From a virus, in IMG/VR virus record IMGVR_UViG_3300028920_000041, positions 32,001-96,000 of that record: 64,000 nucleotides of DNA; one strand, given 5' to 3'. The translations under genes and the position numbers were made by a program. The notes under the pieces were generated by a model that worked only from the letters and a program-made list of their open reading frames with translations, was not told the DNA's origin and made no database searches. How positions within the stretch are numbered: position 1 is the first letter of the stretch; each line of letters starts with the position of its first letter. This document shows, in pieces, positions 1 through 8,561 of this stretch.

Positions 1-1
1 G

Positions 2-319
2 ATAGACAAAACGCTAACAAGCATTCTGTCAGGGACTTACTCAGAGGCTCGCCAGTCCCTGACTGACATCTACCAGTTTGCACCGAATAGGCGTATTGTG
101 TGCTCTGTCTGTGCCATCAAAGGAATAGAGCCAGAGAATCTAAGGCATCTTGTTTTGGTGATTCGAGACCTAATCACAAATCGCTGGATTGGTCTTCGCT
201 TGCCTACGGTCCGTAAGATTGTCAAGTTTGTTATTGGTAATAAACTCTTGTCAAGCCGTGCATTGTCAGATGTAGAGAGGCTAAAATTATACTGGATTAA
301 AACGTTCAAGGAAAGTTAA
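2..319 (+). CDS. Hypothetical protein, 5'-partial; may be the N-terminal part of the next gene across a frameshift
   Basis: Frame open from base 2 to TAA at 317-319. The frame of ORF 447..1343 is already open from 285. Confidence 0.35.
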   Translation: MDKTLTSILSGTYSEARQSLTDIYQFAPNRRIVCSVCAIKGIEPENLRHLVLVIRDLITNRWIGLRLPTVRKIVKFVIGNKLLSSRALSDVERLKLYWIKTFKES

Positions 320-446
320 GAACAGAATCAAGCGCACAACACGAAGAGTCATCAGGGAGGTTATAGAAGAAGGCGAGGAGTTTTCAGCAAAGTTTGTTGA
401 AGGTAAGATCCGCGACAAGGGTCTTTTAAACAAATGTGTCTTAGAC

Positions 447-1343
447 TTGGGTCAATACCTAAAAGAGGAAGCTCGTAGTAAGGTGTGGGTTGTCTGTACA
501 AAGGATACAGGAGTTCCACGCTATAAGCTGATTCAAGGTGGTATTGAGTCTACTGAAGCAATTGAGGTAAAAGAAGAGATGTCAGAATCTACAGAGTCTA
601 TTAGTGATAGGATAGCTGAGATACAGGGACCGGAAGAGCCAGTAGGATCTAAGGGATTCTCCAGAATAGCCCAATACGTTACACGGTTCGTGGAAGTCTT
701 CGCTTCTGTGCTGGGTACAGAAGAGTCCATGTCCAAGCAAGAGGCCAAAGAAGTTTTGCGCAAGGTGTGTGGTTTTACGGACCAGACACCAGCCACTGCC
801 GTTGGAAAGATACTAGCAGGCCTTGCTAAGACAACATCGGCAAGACCAGAGCTATTGTACTTTCTAGATCATCAACAGGTAACACTGAGCCTGACCGGTC
901 GCAAGGTTGCTAAGGGTACGTGGGCGCTAAGAGACCATTTCAAAGGTGTAAGGGTCCTTAACTTCGCTACGGGCTGTTTTGTAGACGCTGACGAGATGGA
1001 TATCGAGGAAGCAGACAAGCCCCCCAAGCGGACCCGAGCCAAAGTGCCCCCTTTCAATCCCCCTCGCCTGGCGGCCGAATCCAGGCCAGCCAGACAGCGC
1101 CAGACAGCGCCTGACAGCTCGGATAGGCCTGGTATCCCCGAGCTACCCACAACGCAATCTCAAGAGGCTGGCGAGGCCTCAGAGCCTGTCCCAAGTGTTC
1201 CCACCGGACAGGTTTCCTATCAAGAGTTCTATTGGTCTCGTGCCGCGCAGCGGCTGTTTGAGATTTTGGTAACGGAGTGCCATCCGGCAGATTACCCACA
1301 CGTGATAGACCTGTTTGTACAAAAGATAACAGGTAGAAAGTAA
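447..1343 (+). CDS. Hypothetical protein with Pro/Arg-rich linker (true start uncertain, frame open from 285)
   Basis: 298-aa ORF that abuts the next gene; no clear ATG/SD at the 5' end. Confidence 0.6.
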   Translation: MGQYLKEEARSKVWVVCTKDTGVPRYKLIQGGIESTEAIEVKEEMSESTESISDRIAEIQGPEEPVGSKGFSRIAQYVTRFVEVFASVLGTEESMSKQEAKEVLRKVCGFTDQTPATAVGKILAGLAKTTSARPELLYFLDHQQVTLSLTGRKVAKGTWALRDHFKGVRVLNFATGCFVDADEMDIEEADKPPKRTRAKVPPFNPPRLAAESRPARQRQTAPDSSDRPGIPELPTTQSQEAGEASEPVPSVPTGQVSYQEFYWSRAAQRLFEILVTECHPADYPHVIDLFVQKITGRK

Positions 1344-1348
1344 GATCT

Positions 1349-1609
1349 ATGTCCAAGCTTCGTGAGGATTTGGCAGACTATGCGCATGAGACCTGGTGTG
1401 GATGGATGCGTTATATGTTCCATGTCTGCACGGAGCTAGACAGAACAGAAAAAGAAGTGATACTGAGCCTTCCAGCCAAGACCTACGACCGGTGGCAGCG
1501 ACAGATGAATACGCTTTATGCTAATTTGCCAGTGCAGGAGAAGGACAGTGATAGGCGGGAAGCAGACCGTATTTTGTCTATCATTCATTTTGACTATCCT
1601 TCGAGATAG
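1349..1609 (+). CDS. RyR-repeat-like small protein
   Basis: LREDLADYAHETW...YANLPVQEKDSDRREADRILSII matches the RyR-domain pattern LAxxxHxxW...YxxLPxxEKxxDR. Confidence 0.55.
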   Translation: MSKLREDLADYAHETWCGWMRYMFHVCTELDRTEKEVILSLPAKTYDRWQRQMNTLYANLPVQEKDSDRREADRILSIIHFDYPSR

Positions 1610-1618
1610 TGAGATCTT

Positions 1619-1879
1619 ATGACACAAAAAGTGAAGTTAGAAACTAACTTAACGGACGAAGAAAAAGAGTTGCTTGATGCAATTATGGATGTGTCTAGGC
1701 TCCTTAGAAAAGCGTTAGAAATCGCTAGATCAAAAGAGGAAGAGTTACAACATTCTTCAAAGGTCGTGGAACACCTGCAATCGGATTTTGAAGAGCTGAA
1801 ACAAAAGATAAAAGAGCATGATTTAGGTGGCAACTACAGAAGGCTTTGCTACATTCACGGTATAATAAAAGGATTTTAA
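1619..1879 (+). CDS. Hypothetical coiled-coil protein
   Basis: 86 aa, heptad-rich, GAG-containing SD-like sequence upstream, tightly packed with neighbours. Confidence 0.6.
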   Translation: MTQKVKLETNLTDEEKELLDAIMDVSRLLRKALEIARSKEEELQHSSKVVEHLQSDFEELKQKIKEHDLGGNYRRLCYIHGIIKGF

Positions 1880-1882
1880 GCT

Positions 1883-2149
1883 ATGCCTATATATGAAGTT
1901 TCAGGTACTCTCAAGTGTACAGTTGTCTGCGAAGTGGAAGTGTCTAAGGAAGAGATAGATCGGATTAAGGAAAATGAAGGTGATGTAGATGATTACATCA
2001 TTGCAAAGGCCTACGATACCTTTGGTGGTGTGAGTAACTATTCTGGCAACGGTGGGATGGACAAGTTAGTTGGTGTCTGTGGTAGTGATGAGTCTATCGA
2101 GGCATCTGATGACTATGAGTTTACTACTGTTGAAGAACAAAGAGTCTAA
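1883..2149 (+). CDS. Hypothetical acidic protein
   Basis: 88-aa ORF in operon-like spacing. Confidence 0.6.
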   Translation: MPIYEVSGTLKCTVVCEVEVSKEEIDRIKENEGDVDDYIIAKAYDTFGGVSNYSGNGGMDKLVGVCGSDESIEASDDYEFTTVEEQRV

Positions 2150-2297
2150 TACGTTCATAAAGTACGTCAAAGTGGACTCTTTAATGGCTTACTTGGACGG
2201 ACTCGAAAAAGACGTAGCATCGAAAGAGCAATTAGCTGTTGTCAAAGAAATCAAAAGGTGGTTGCGAATTAAATTCTATTTGGAGGATCGTCAATGA
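2070..2297 (+). CDS. Hypothetical protein (start probably later, near 2180)
   Basis: Fills the gap; ATGA overlap with the next gene. Confidence 0.4.
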   Translation: MVSVVVMSLSRHLMTMSLLLLKNKESNTFIKYVKVDSLMAYLDGLEKDVASKEQLAVVKEIKRWLRIKFYLEDRQ

Positions 2298-2533
2298 AAG
2301 ACAAAGCAAAGACTCGGTGTGAAAAATTCGTCAAGGCAGTAAAGGACCAGACCTACGGCAAGACTCTAGGCCTCAAAGACAGAATCGACAACATGGTTTT
2401 TGTCTTTGATGATCGTGTTAACGTTACCGTATCTCAGTGCTCAGATAAACAGAAACGCTATCTACTGAATGTGGCTCGTGAGCTTCAGTATGAGCCTCTT
2501 TGGTACAATCCAGAGCCATCGTTTGATTGGTAA
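2294..2533 (+). CDS. Hypothetical protein
   Basis: 79 aa, GGAGG upstream, coupled to neighbours. Confidence 0.6.
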   Translation: MKDKAKTRCEKFVKAVKDQTYGKTLGLKDRIDNMVFVFDDRVNVTVSQCSDKQKRYLLNVARELQYEPLWYNPEPSFDW

Positions 2534-2823
2534 TGGATGATCTGTTACACACGGTAGTTAAAGTGGTAGCCAGGCTCAACTATGTCTCAGAAAAAGAGCT
2601 TGGCTGCCACCTTTTTCGTGTGGAGTATGTACCCAACACAGTTATTTCCATTTGCACCAGTGAGTTTGTCATCTGGAATAACGAGGAAGAGCAGTATGAC
2701 GACTGCGATGGATCAGAGACTAGCATACTGTCTTACGTGAAGTTGAGGTTAGGTGAGATACAAGATGAGATGGGTAAGATAGTGGAAGCCTACCCGTCAC
2801 TATCTCCAGGCCTGATGAGTTAA
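2527..2823 (+). CDS. Hypothetical protein
   Basis: 98 aa, TAATG coupling at 2533. Confidence 0.55.
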   Translation: MVMDDLLHTVVKVVARLNYVSEKELGCHLFRVEYVPNTVISICTSEFVIWNNEEEQYDDCDGSETSILSYVKLRLGEIQDEMGKIVEAYPSLSPGLMS

Positions 2824-2825
2824 GC

Positions 2826-3140
2826 ATGAACATAGGACCATCAAGAAACAAACTGAGGTATAAGAATCACTGCAAGTACTGTGGCCGAGAGTTTAATGCT
2901 AAGAGAAGCTCTACTCTTGTGTGTGACAGAGGGGAGTGTCAGCGTCGTAAAGGCTCTGAGAACAACCATAAGAAGTATGTTACCAGTGTCCGCCGCAAAT
3001 GGGAGGAGTCAGATAGTGTAGTGGACCAGATCCATTACCTGGAGCTTTGTCTGAAGCATGAGGTTTTGTACAACAACGGGGAGCCTAACCAAGAAAAAAT
3101 AGAGTCAATAAAGAAGCAAATACAAGAGCTGTGTATTTAA
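2826..3140 (+). CDS. Zn-binding hypothetical protein
   Basis: CKYC...CDRGEC motif followed by a basic helix. Confidence 0.6.
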   Translation: MNIGPSRNKLRYKNHCKYCGREFNAKRSSTLVCDRGECQRRKGSENNHKKYVTSVRRKWEESDSVVDQIHYLELCLKHEVLYNNGEPNQEKIESIKKQIQELCI

Positions 3141-3355
3141 TGACGAACATCATCAGAAGTGGAACACCTTGTCCATTCTGTGGCTCGACAGAATGGTATG
3201 GCTACTTTTTTCAAGCGGATGGTTCTTTGGATGAAGAGCACGTTAGTTCTCCAGAGATGTATCCTCCGCTGATAGATTGTGACTATGATCTATATTTCTC
3301 AATCCATGGTGCGCTTGATGAGTGCGTCAACTGCGGTGCAGTGATAGGAGTCTAG
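3131..3355 (+). CDS. Zn-ribbon hypothetical protein
   Basis: CPFC...CVNC; probable ATG at 3140. Confidence 0.6.
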   Translation: MYLMTNIIRSGTPCPFCGSTEWYGYFFQADGSLDEEHVSSPEMYPPLIDCDYDLYFSIHGALDECVNCGAVIGV

Positions 3356-3356
3356 T

Positions 3357-3587
3357 GTGAATATGGTTGACGATATATTTGAGCCTTTACTTGACAAAGA
3401 AGTACAGATTGGCATCTACACAGCCGAAGGAGACTACAGACGGATTTTGGTTGCTGTGTTTGTGGATTATGCAGTAGATGAGTATAACAGTGTTACACTG
3501 CTCAAAGTCAGGCATGGTCGTGTGGTATCAGTTCTTTTTGTGAGACCTGGAATGCTGATACAAGAAACTGTCCGTAATGCGGAGTAA
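3357..3587 (+). CDS. Hypothetical protein
   Basis: 76 aa, beta-rich, packed in the operon. Confidence 0.55.
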   Translation: MNMVDDIFEPLLDKEVQIGIYTAEGDYRRILVAVFVDYAVDEYNSVTLLKVRHGRVVSVLFVRPGMLIQETVRNAE

Positions 3588-3592
3588 TCGAT

Positions 3593-3934
3593 ATGATCCG
3601 TTTACGTAGAAAAGTGATTGAGATACTCTCTCAAACGAGAAGTGGTGTCCGTATGTACCTCTTAGAGTGTGGCCACACAGTAAGCCGAAGAGACTATGGC
3701 AAGAACAAGCCACACAATTCTACTTACTGTGATTTGTGTCAGATTGTCTTAGAGCGATTAGACAGGCTAGGTGGGAATCAGACTTCTTTTGCGCTTAGAA
3801 CAAACGATGAGGTTATGGAGTTCTTGGCAAAGGAAGGTCGTGTTAAACGGATCGAAGAGCCTGCAGATCCTACAACACAAGCACAGTGCCCAAATGCTGT
3901 TGTCGTTTCGTGGAAGCGTTACGATTACAGGTAA
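3593..3934 (+). CDS. LxCGH-type Zn-finger protein
   Basis: LECGH...CDLC motif. Confidence 0.6.
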   Translation: MIRLRRKVIEILSQTRSGVRMYLLECGHTVSRRDYGKNKPHNSTYCDLCQIVLERLDRLGGNQTSFALRTNDEVMEFLAKEGRVKRIEEPADPTTQAQCPNAVVVSWKRYDYR

Positions 3935-4332
3935 CAGGGACTATGCATAGAACAACAAAGCAAGGTGTACGAGACCTGAACAGCTTGAAACCATCTGTAG
4001 ATGTTCCAGAGCCTGCTAAGCCTTCTAAAGAGTCATGCTCTGAGCTTGACAAACCAATTCAGCAGGACTTGATCTATGATTCGTCAGCTAAGGAAGACAT
4101 ACTCACACAGTTTCCAAATGCTAAGATTGCAGAGGTATGGGATTATATCCATGACACAAGGCTGAAGGTCGTTATTCCAGACTGCTCCTTACGAAGTTGG
4201 TTTATGTTTTTGCTAGATACGGGCTGGGCTGGTGTTTCTTTTGTGTGTCAAATGTATATTATACAAGATACTGAGTTGATATCTGGTTTGATGGACGAGA
4301 TCAATCCAGGTTGGAGGAACAAAAACAGATGA
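3886..4332 (+). CDS. Hypothetical protein (start probably near 3943)
   Basis: ORF fills the gap; ATGA overlap downstream. Confidence 0.55.
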   Translation: MPKCCCRFVEALRLQVTGTMHRTTKQGVRDLNSLKPSVDVPEPAKPSKESCSELDKPIQQDLIYDSSAKEDILTQFPNAKIAEVWDYIHDTRLKVVIPDCSLRSWFMFLLDTGWAGVSFVCQMYIIQDTELISGLMDEINPGWRNKNR

Positions 4333-4589
4333 ACGAACAAGAGATTGAAGTGGTAAAGATTATACAAAGGTTCGTTAAAAGGTCTGGAGGCCTTGAAAGA
4401 ATTGTCAAGGCGAAAGATGCTATCAAGTCAATACCTCCAGGCAGTATGAGTGAGTACGTTAAAAGGATATCCCAAACAGAAGGGGGATCTAGTCAGTTAC
4501 TAGCAGCAGCTCTTTTAGGCTTCTCTGTTGCAGCACAGATAGGCAAGGTCAAACTTGAGGATAAGGTCAAACTTGAGGATGATGAATAA
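4311..4589 (+). CDS. Hypothetical protein (start probably 4329)
   Basis: 92-aa ORF; GGAGG about 9 nt before the ATG at 4329. Confidence 0.55.
   Translation: MEEQKQMNEQEIEVVKIIQRFVKRSGGLERIVKAKDAIKSIPPGSMSEYVKRISQTEGGSSQLLAAALLGFSVAAQIGKVKLEDKVKLEDDE
4545..4580 (+). repeat. Perfect 18-bp tandem duplication (KVKLED x2)
   Basis: AAGGTCAAACTTGAGGAT at 4545-4562 and 4563-4580. Confidence 0.9.
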
Positions 4590-4659
4590 AGAGCAAGAGA
4601 CGCCCGGAGCCTGTTACCTGCGATGTGTGTAGGAAAAAACTAGAAAAGGGTGAGTACCG

Positions 4660-4866
4660 ATGATCCCCACTGGTTACTGGGTAAAGCCAGCACCACACAT
4701 AAGGCAATACCCGGAGCCACCCTATTATGGTTCTTGGGTCTGTCAAAAGTGTTGGGGCATTGATGAGTGTTGGTGCATGGGAGATGAGTCAGACCCTATA
4801 TGTGATTGTGGATGGCCTGCATATTCTTGTCGATGCGACGATGAAGAGGCTTGGATTGAAGAGTAA
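4660..4866 (+). CDS. Cys/Trp-rich small protein
   Basis: CQKC..ECWC..CDCG..CRC. Confidence 0.55.
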   Translation: MIPTGYWVKPAPHIRQYPEPPYYGSWVCQKCWGIDECWCMGDESDPICDCGWPAYSCRCDDEEAWIEE

Positions 4867-4869
4867 TCA

Positions 4870-5115
4870 ATGCAAGTAAGAACAACATGCGCCAGGTGCG
4901 GTAGTACTGAAACTTATAAGATTGACCCGTCCCATCACCTTGACCCATGGGTTGGTTGTTGGGTTTGTTTTGATTGCAAGAACGGCAATCAGTCTCAATT
5001 TGAGCCGGTAGAGCACAAGGGAAGAGACGAAATCCGTTGTAAGCTCTGCGGAAGTTTTAACACCGGTGAACCTGACTGGCATGCAGGAACAGAAACGGAT
5101 GGCCAAAAATACTGA
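4870..5115 (+). CDS. Cys-rich Zn-ribbon protein
   Basis: CARC, CWVCFDC and CKLC motifs. Confidence 0.6.
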   Translation: MQVRTTCARCGSTETYKIDPSHHLDPWVGCWVCFDCKNGNQSQFEPVEHKGRDEIRCKLCGSFNTGEPDWHAGTETDGQKY

Positions 5116-5314
5116 AGTCCGTGTTTGTGCTTGCGGCCACTACTACGTAGGAGATCATGGTTGTCCTGAATGTGGTGCTCCTTGGCTTCTGACTAGTCGA
5201 ATCATGATAGCGGTATCCAGGAAGGTCGCAAGGCTGATTGCAGCGGAGTGTCGGGCCAACGGGAAGCGAGCGGTGGAGCACCACAAGGGAGGACGATTTG
5301 GTGCAGAGCATTGA
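5066..5314 (+). CDS. Zn-ribbon protein (start probably 5099)
   Basis: CACGH...CPECG. Confidence 0.5.
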   Translation: MNLTGMQEQKRMAKNTEVRVCACGHYYVGDHGCPECGAPWLLTSRIMIAVSRKVARLIAAECRANGKRAVEHHKGGRFGAEH

Positions 5315-5630
5315 TTGCCGAAAGTGTGGGGCATGTTGTTCTGGGCTCATGGACTATGGGTATTTTGTTGATCTGGAAGAGGGTGACGTTTTGCGTCTGC
5401 CCAAGCACTACCGCAAGAAGCATGTGCTTCAGGTGAACAATTCCAGTGACTGGATGGCCTTGGCGACAAAGGTTCGACCATCAGGGATGGTGGTTTGCGT
5501 GGCGTTTCGAGGTCGGCCAGGCAAAAAGTGTTGGTGTTCCATTTATGACATGAGGCCTAGGGCTTGCAGAGACTTTAAGCCTGGAAGCCTTGCTTGTCGA
5601 GAGTTAGTCAAGCTACAGGAGCGTAAATAA
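5298..5630 (+). CDS. YkgJ-family (CxxCxxCC) cysteine-cluster protein
   Basis: CRKCGACC...CVAF...CSIYDMRPRACRDF; GGAGG before TTG/GTG at 5298/5301. Confidence 0.75.
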   Translation: MVQSIDCRKCGACCSGLMDYGYFVDLEEGDVLRLPKHYRKKHVLQVNNSSDWMALATKVRPSGMVVCVAFRGRPGKKCWCSIYDMRPRACRDFKPGSLACRELVKLQERK

Positions 5631-5631
5631 C

Positions 5632-5829
5632 ATGGACGACAAGAGCAACGTATTAGCCGTGGGCACTATCAAAGATGCACGTGTTGAATGCAGGATTGTT
5701 GAGTGGCCGAACACTACTGGAAAAGACCAGTACGAAATCGTATGGATTGTGATCAAGGGGGATAAGGTTGTGAAGATAGACCCCATTCAAGCCATCGCTT
5801 TGGGTATAATGGAGGATTTTGAATCATAA
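5632..5829 (+). CDS. Hypothetical protein
   Basis: 65 aa, directly after the previous stop. Confidence 0.55.
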   Translation: MDDKSNVLAVGTIKDARVECRIVEWPNTTGKDQYEIVWIVIKGDKVVKIDPIQAIALGIMEDFES

Positions 5830-6022
5830 ACAGAGAATGATAGACTTTATGGCTAGAGTTGATGTTCATCTTGGTGAATGTCCGAACTGTAAAGGGACTG
5901 GTAGAGACCCTCGTAAACGGACTCGTAATTGTCCTGAGTGTAATGGTCATAAAGTCATTGAACTTTGTAACAAGTGCAATACGAAGATTCCATGCCCTTG
6001 TGATGAAGGGATATTGTATTGA
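5819..6022 (+). CDS. DnaJ central-domain-like Zn finger (CxxCxGxG) small protein
   Basis: CPNCKGTG...CPECNGHK...CNKC; start probably near 5837. Confidence 0.6.
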   Translation: MNHKQRMIDFMARVDVHLGECPNCKGTGRDPRKRTRNCPECNGHKVIELCNKCNTKIPCPCDEGILY

Positions 6023-6024
6023 CA

Positions 6025-6198
6025 ATGAGAGATCCCAGAGACGAACCACAGGTTGAAACGGATGTAAATGGAGATATGTTTTTTGTGTCGCAGAACGGTA
6101 AACGAATTACAGTTGAAGGTATCGAAGTAGCTAAACTTATTGAAAAGGTTGAAAAGTATTTGAAGTTCTCAGAACAGTTCCCTATGGGGATGAAATAA
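6025..6198 (+). CDS. Small hypothetical protein (57 aa)
   Basis: Read by hand: MRDPRDEPQVETDVNGDMFFVSQNGKRITVEG...; fills the intergenic gap. Confidence 0.45.
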   Translation: MRDPRDEPQVETDVNGDMFFVSQNGKRITVEGIEVAKLIEKVEKYLKFSEQFPMGMK

Positions 6199-6219
6199 GA
6201 TAATAAACAAAAGAGGCCT

Positions 6220-6516
6220 GTGATGTTACCTAAACTAAACCTTGGTATTGTTAGAAACAAAGAACGTTCTATTTCACATAGGTCTCTTCTAAAGGTTGTC
6301 TGCAATCCCTTCCTCAGAACATTAGGTTTTATGATAGCTACTATTGTGCAACCTAAATTGCAGAGTGTATTTGTAGATGAAGATGAAGATGAAGTCGTTG
6401 GTATCTCTCTCATAAGAGTACCAAAGAGCTTTGATCTAATAAGTAACCTTAGAGATAGCTGGATATACGAGCTAGAGCCTGATGAATTTGTAATCAAATC
6501 AAACAGACTATGGTGA
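6220..6516 (+). CDS. Hypothetical protein
   Basis: 98 aa, GAGG upstream. Confidence 0.5.
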   Translation: MMLPKLNLGIVRNKERSISHRSLLKVVCNPFLRTLGFMIATIVQPKLQSVFVDEDEDEVVGISLIRVPKSFDLISNLRDSWIYELEPDEFVIKSNRLW

Positions 6517-6542
6517 GTCCGATTAATGAAAAGGAGTAAGAG

Positions 6543-7172
6543 ATGAAAGACGCAACTGAGATTGTTATTGTTCTAGATAAATCTGGATCCATGTACGGCA
6601 TTAAGGATGATACAATAGGTGGGTTCAACAATTTTCTCCAGGAGCAACAGAAAGAATCAGGAGAAGCTAATTTAACACTTATCCAGTTCGATAGTGGCTA
6701 CCGTACAGTTTATTTAGGCAAGCCAATCAAGCAAGTAGAGCCTTTGAACAAAGAAACTTATGTTACAGGAGGCAACACAGCTCTGAATGATTCGTTGGCT
6801 AGCGCAATACTACAAACAGGAATGCGTTTAGAGGCACTGGAAGAGCAAAATAGACCAGACAAGGTTATTGTTGTTGTGATAACAGATGGTCAGGAGAATA
6901 GCTCCAAAGAACATTCTAAGCAGCAACTTGCTGAAATGGTCAAACACCAAGAAGAGAAGTACGATTGGGCATTCTTGTTTTTCGGAGCTGATATTGATTC
7001 GTTTAGAGAAGCTAGGAAGATTGGAATAAGTGGGGATGCTGTAATGGATTTTAGTAAGACTCAGATCAAGTCTGCTTATTTAGGGGCAAGCCATGCGGTT
7101 AGTAGCTTTAGAGTGGGCGGTAAGAAAAAGATGAAGGAGGAAGAGACTTCTTGGAAGTCAAAGGTTAAGTAA
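6543..7172 (+). CDS. von Willebrand factor A (vWA) domain protein
   Basis: MIDAS motif LDKSGSM, TALNDS, ITDGQENSS; AAGGAG SD. Confidence 0.85.
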   Translation: MKDATEIVIVLDKSGSMYGIKDDTIGGFNNFLQEQQKESGEANLTLIQFDSGYRTVYLGKPIKQVEPLNKETYVTGGNTALNDSLASAILQTGMRLEALEEQNRPDKVIVVVITDGQENSSKEHSKQQLAEMVKHQEEKYDWAFLFFGADIDSFREARKIGISGDAVMDFSKTQIKSAYLGASHAVSSFRVGGKKKMKEEETSWKSKVK

Positions 7173-7243
7173 ATGGTATATGGCTTTCGCAGAAATCCTT
7201 TAGTCAAGTCAATCAACCCCTCACCGGATAACTGGGATCTCGT

Positions 7244-7456
7244 GTGGCAGAACTGTCAAACGGTAGTAGCCACTGTACAACCATAACTAAAGCTTACTCT
7301 CTAAATGAGATAATCGTAGACATGGAACGGTACCACGAGCAAGAAAACGAACCCATGCCTGACATACCTACAATAGCCTATGATCTAATCAGACTCATCT
7401 CAGTAGGCCTGGTACTGGTAGAAGAGATTAAAGAAGAAAAGCACTCCACAACCTAA
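7244..7456 (+). CDS. Hypothetical protein
   Basis: 70-aa ORF at the end of the small-gene run; start uncertain. Confidence 0.4.
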   Translation: MAELSNGSSHCTTITKAYSLNEIIVDMERYHEQENEPMPDIPTIAYDLIRLISVGLVLVEEIKEEKHSTT

Positions 7457-7809
7457 TACCCACGCTAAATCCTCCCTAAACCACTTCCAGATGGTAATTC
7501 CATTCGGTCTTTACCAATCACTATCTTATGTTTTTCGCAGTAGACTTTGTAGCTAACCCGTCAAACATGATCAGTCAAGACAAGCAAAACAACTTCTTGA
7601 GCGATGACTTCAAGTCAAACTCATTCGTTTGTTGTTCCTTCCAAAGAGATTTTCATCTCAAGTCTTGACTTCTCCAACCAATCAAACTTAACAATTCATT
7701 TAACACACCAACTATGTCCAAACAGTCTTAACACTGTTTGTGACCAAGATACCCCTTTTCACCCTATAGGGGATGCATCAAACCATGTCAATTTCGCCCA
7801 AATCCATCC

Positions 7810-8005
7810 GATATTGACACAAACCAAATCAACTCAAACAAACGATATCAACAGCACAACCCAATCAACACTCCTCACTGACACAAACGATATCAACAAC
7901 ACAAACCAACCCCACAGAACACACAAACCGAATCAACGAACCCAAACAGCTAACTCCAACCCTATCAACAAAACACACAAACGATATCAAAAAACACACA
8001 AATCA
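7810..8005 (+). repeat. A/C-rich, G/T-poor non-coding tract with ACACAAA x6 and ACAAACGATATCAA x3
   Basis: ACACAAA at 7817, 7881, 7899, 7921, 7975, 7996; ACAAACGATATCAA at 7838, 7883, 7977. Confidence 0.75.
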
Positions 8006-8098
8006 TGTCAAGACGTAGTTTCCCCCCGGTGGAACCGCGCTGTTTCGTGACTTTTGGATCTGATTCACTATGTAACGGACAATAACAAGGAGAAACAA

Positions 8099-8524
8099 AT
8101 GGGATTCAAGCGAATGAACGAAGTTGGACCCGGTGGCTACTCTGGACCCGAGAAGGTACTGAGAGATGAAAAGAAGAAGAAGAAGCCAAAGTTCGGCAAG
8201 ATCACAACCAAGAACACGAGCGATGATGAAATCTCTGTAAAGGCTCCAGCTGGGAGCATGATGGCAGACAAGCTTGACAATACGGATTTCCAAAAGGAGA
8301 TCAAAGGCGTCAAGACTTCCAAGAAGTATCCAAAGAAAGCACAAGCAAAGAGAGCGTTCCTTGCAGGCCTCATCCATAAGATGACTGGCAAGAGCGAGTC
8401 CTCGGATACAGCTAACGAGATGATTGATTTGGTACTCGAAGGCTATGATCCGTTTGACATCGTCGAGAAGTTCCCGTTCAAGAAAAAGAAGTGCAAGGAC
8501 GACGAAGAAGACGATGACGAGTAG
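8099..8524 (+). CDS. Lys-rich putative prohead-core/internal head protein with C-terminal targeting motif
   Basis: AAGGAG SD before ATG 8099; ANEMIDLVLEGYDPFDIVE motif; acidic tail. Confidence 0.7.
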   Translation: MGFKRMNEVGPGGYSGPEKVLRDEKKKKKPKFGKITTKNTSDDEISVKAPAGSMMADKLDNTDFQKEIKGVKTSKKYPKKAQAKRAFLAGLIHKMTGKSESSDTANEMIDLVLEGYDPFDIVEKFPFKKKKCKDDEEDDDE

Positions 8525-8561
8525 GTCATAACGATAACCCACAAACACAGCACATAGCCCA

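Noticed and set aside
7810-8005. Possible CRISPR array
   Set aside because: Repeats are 7-14 nt, irregularly spaced, and lack unique 30-40 nt spacers.
7604-8050. 148-aa + strand ORF
   Set aside because: Its T/N/Q/H low complexity is a by-product of the A/C-rich repeat tract, and it has no SD; treated as non-coding.
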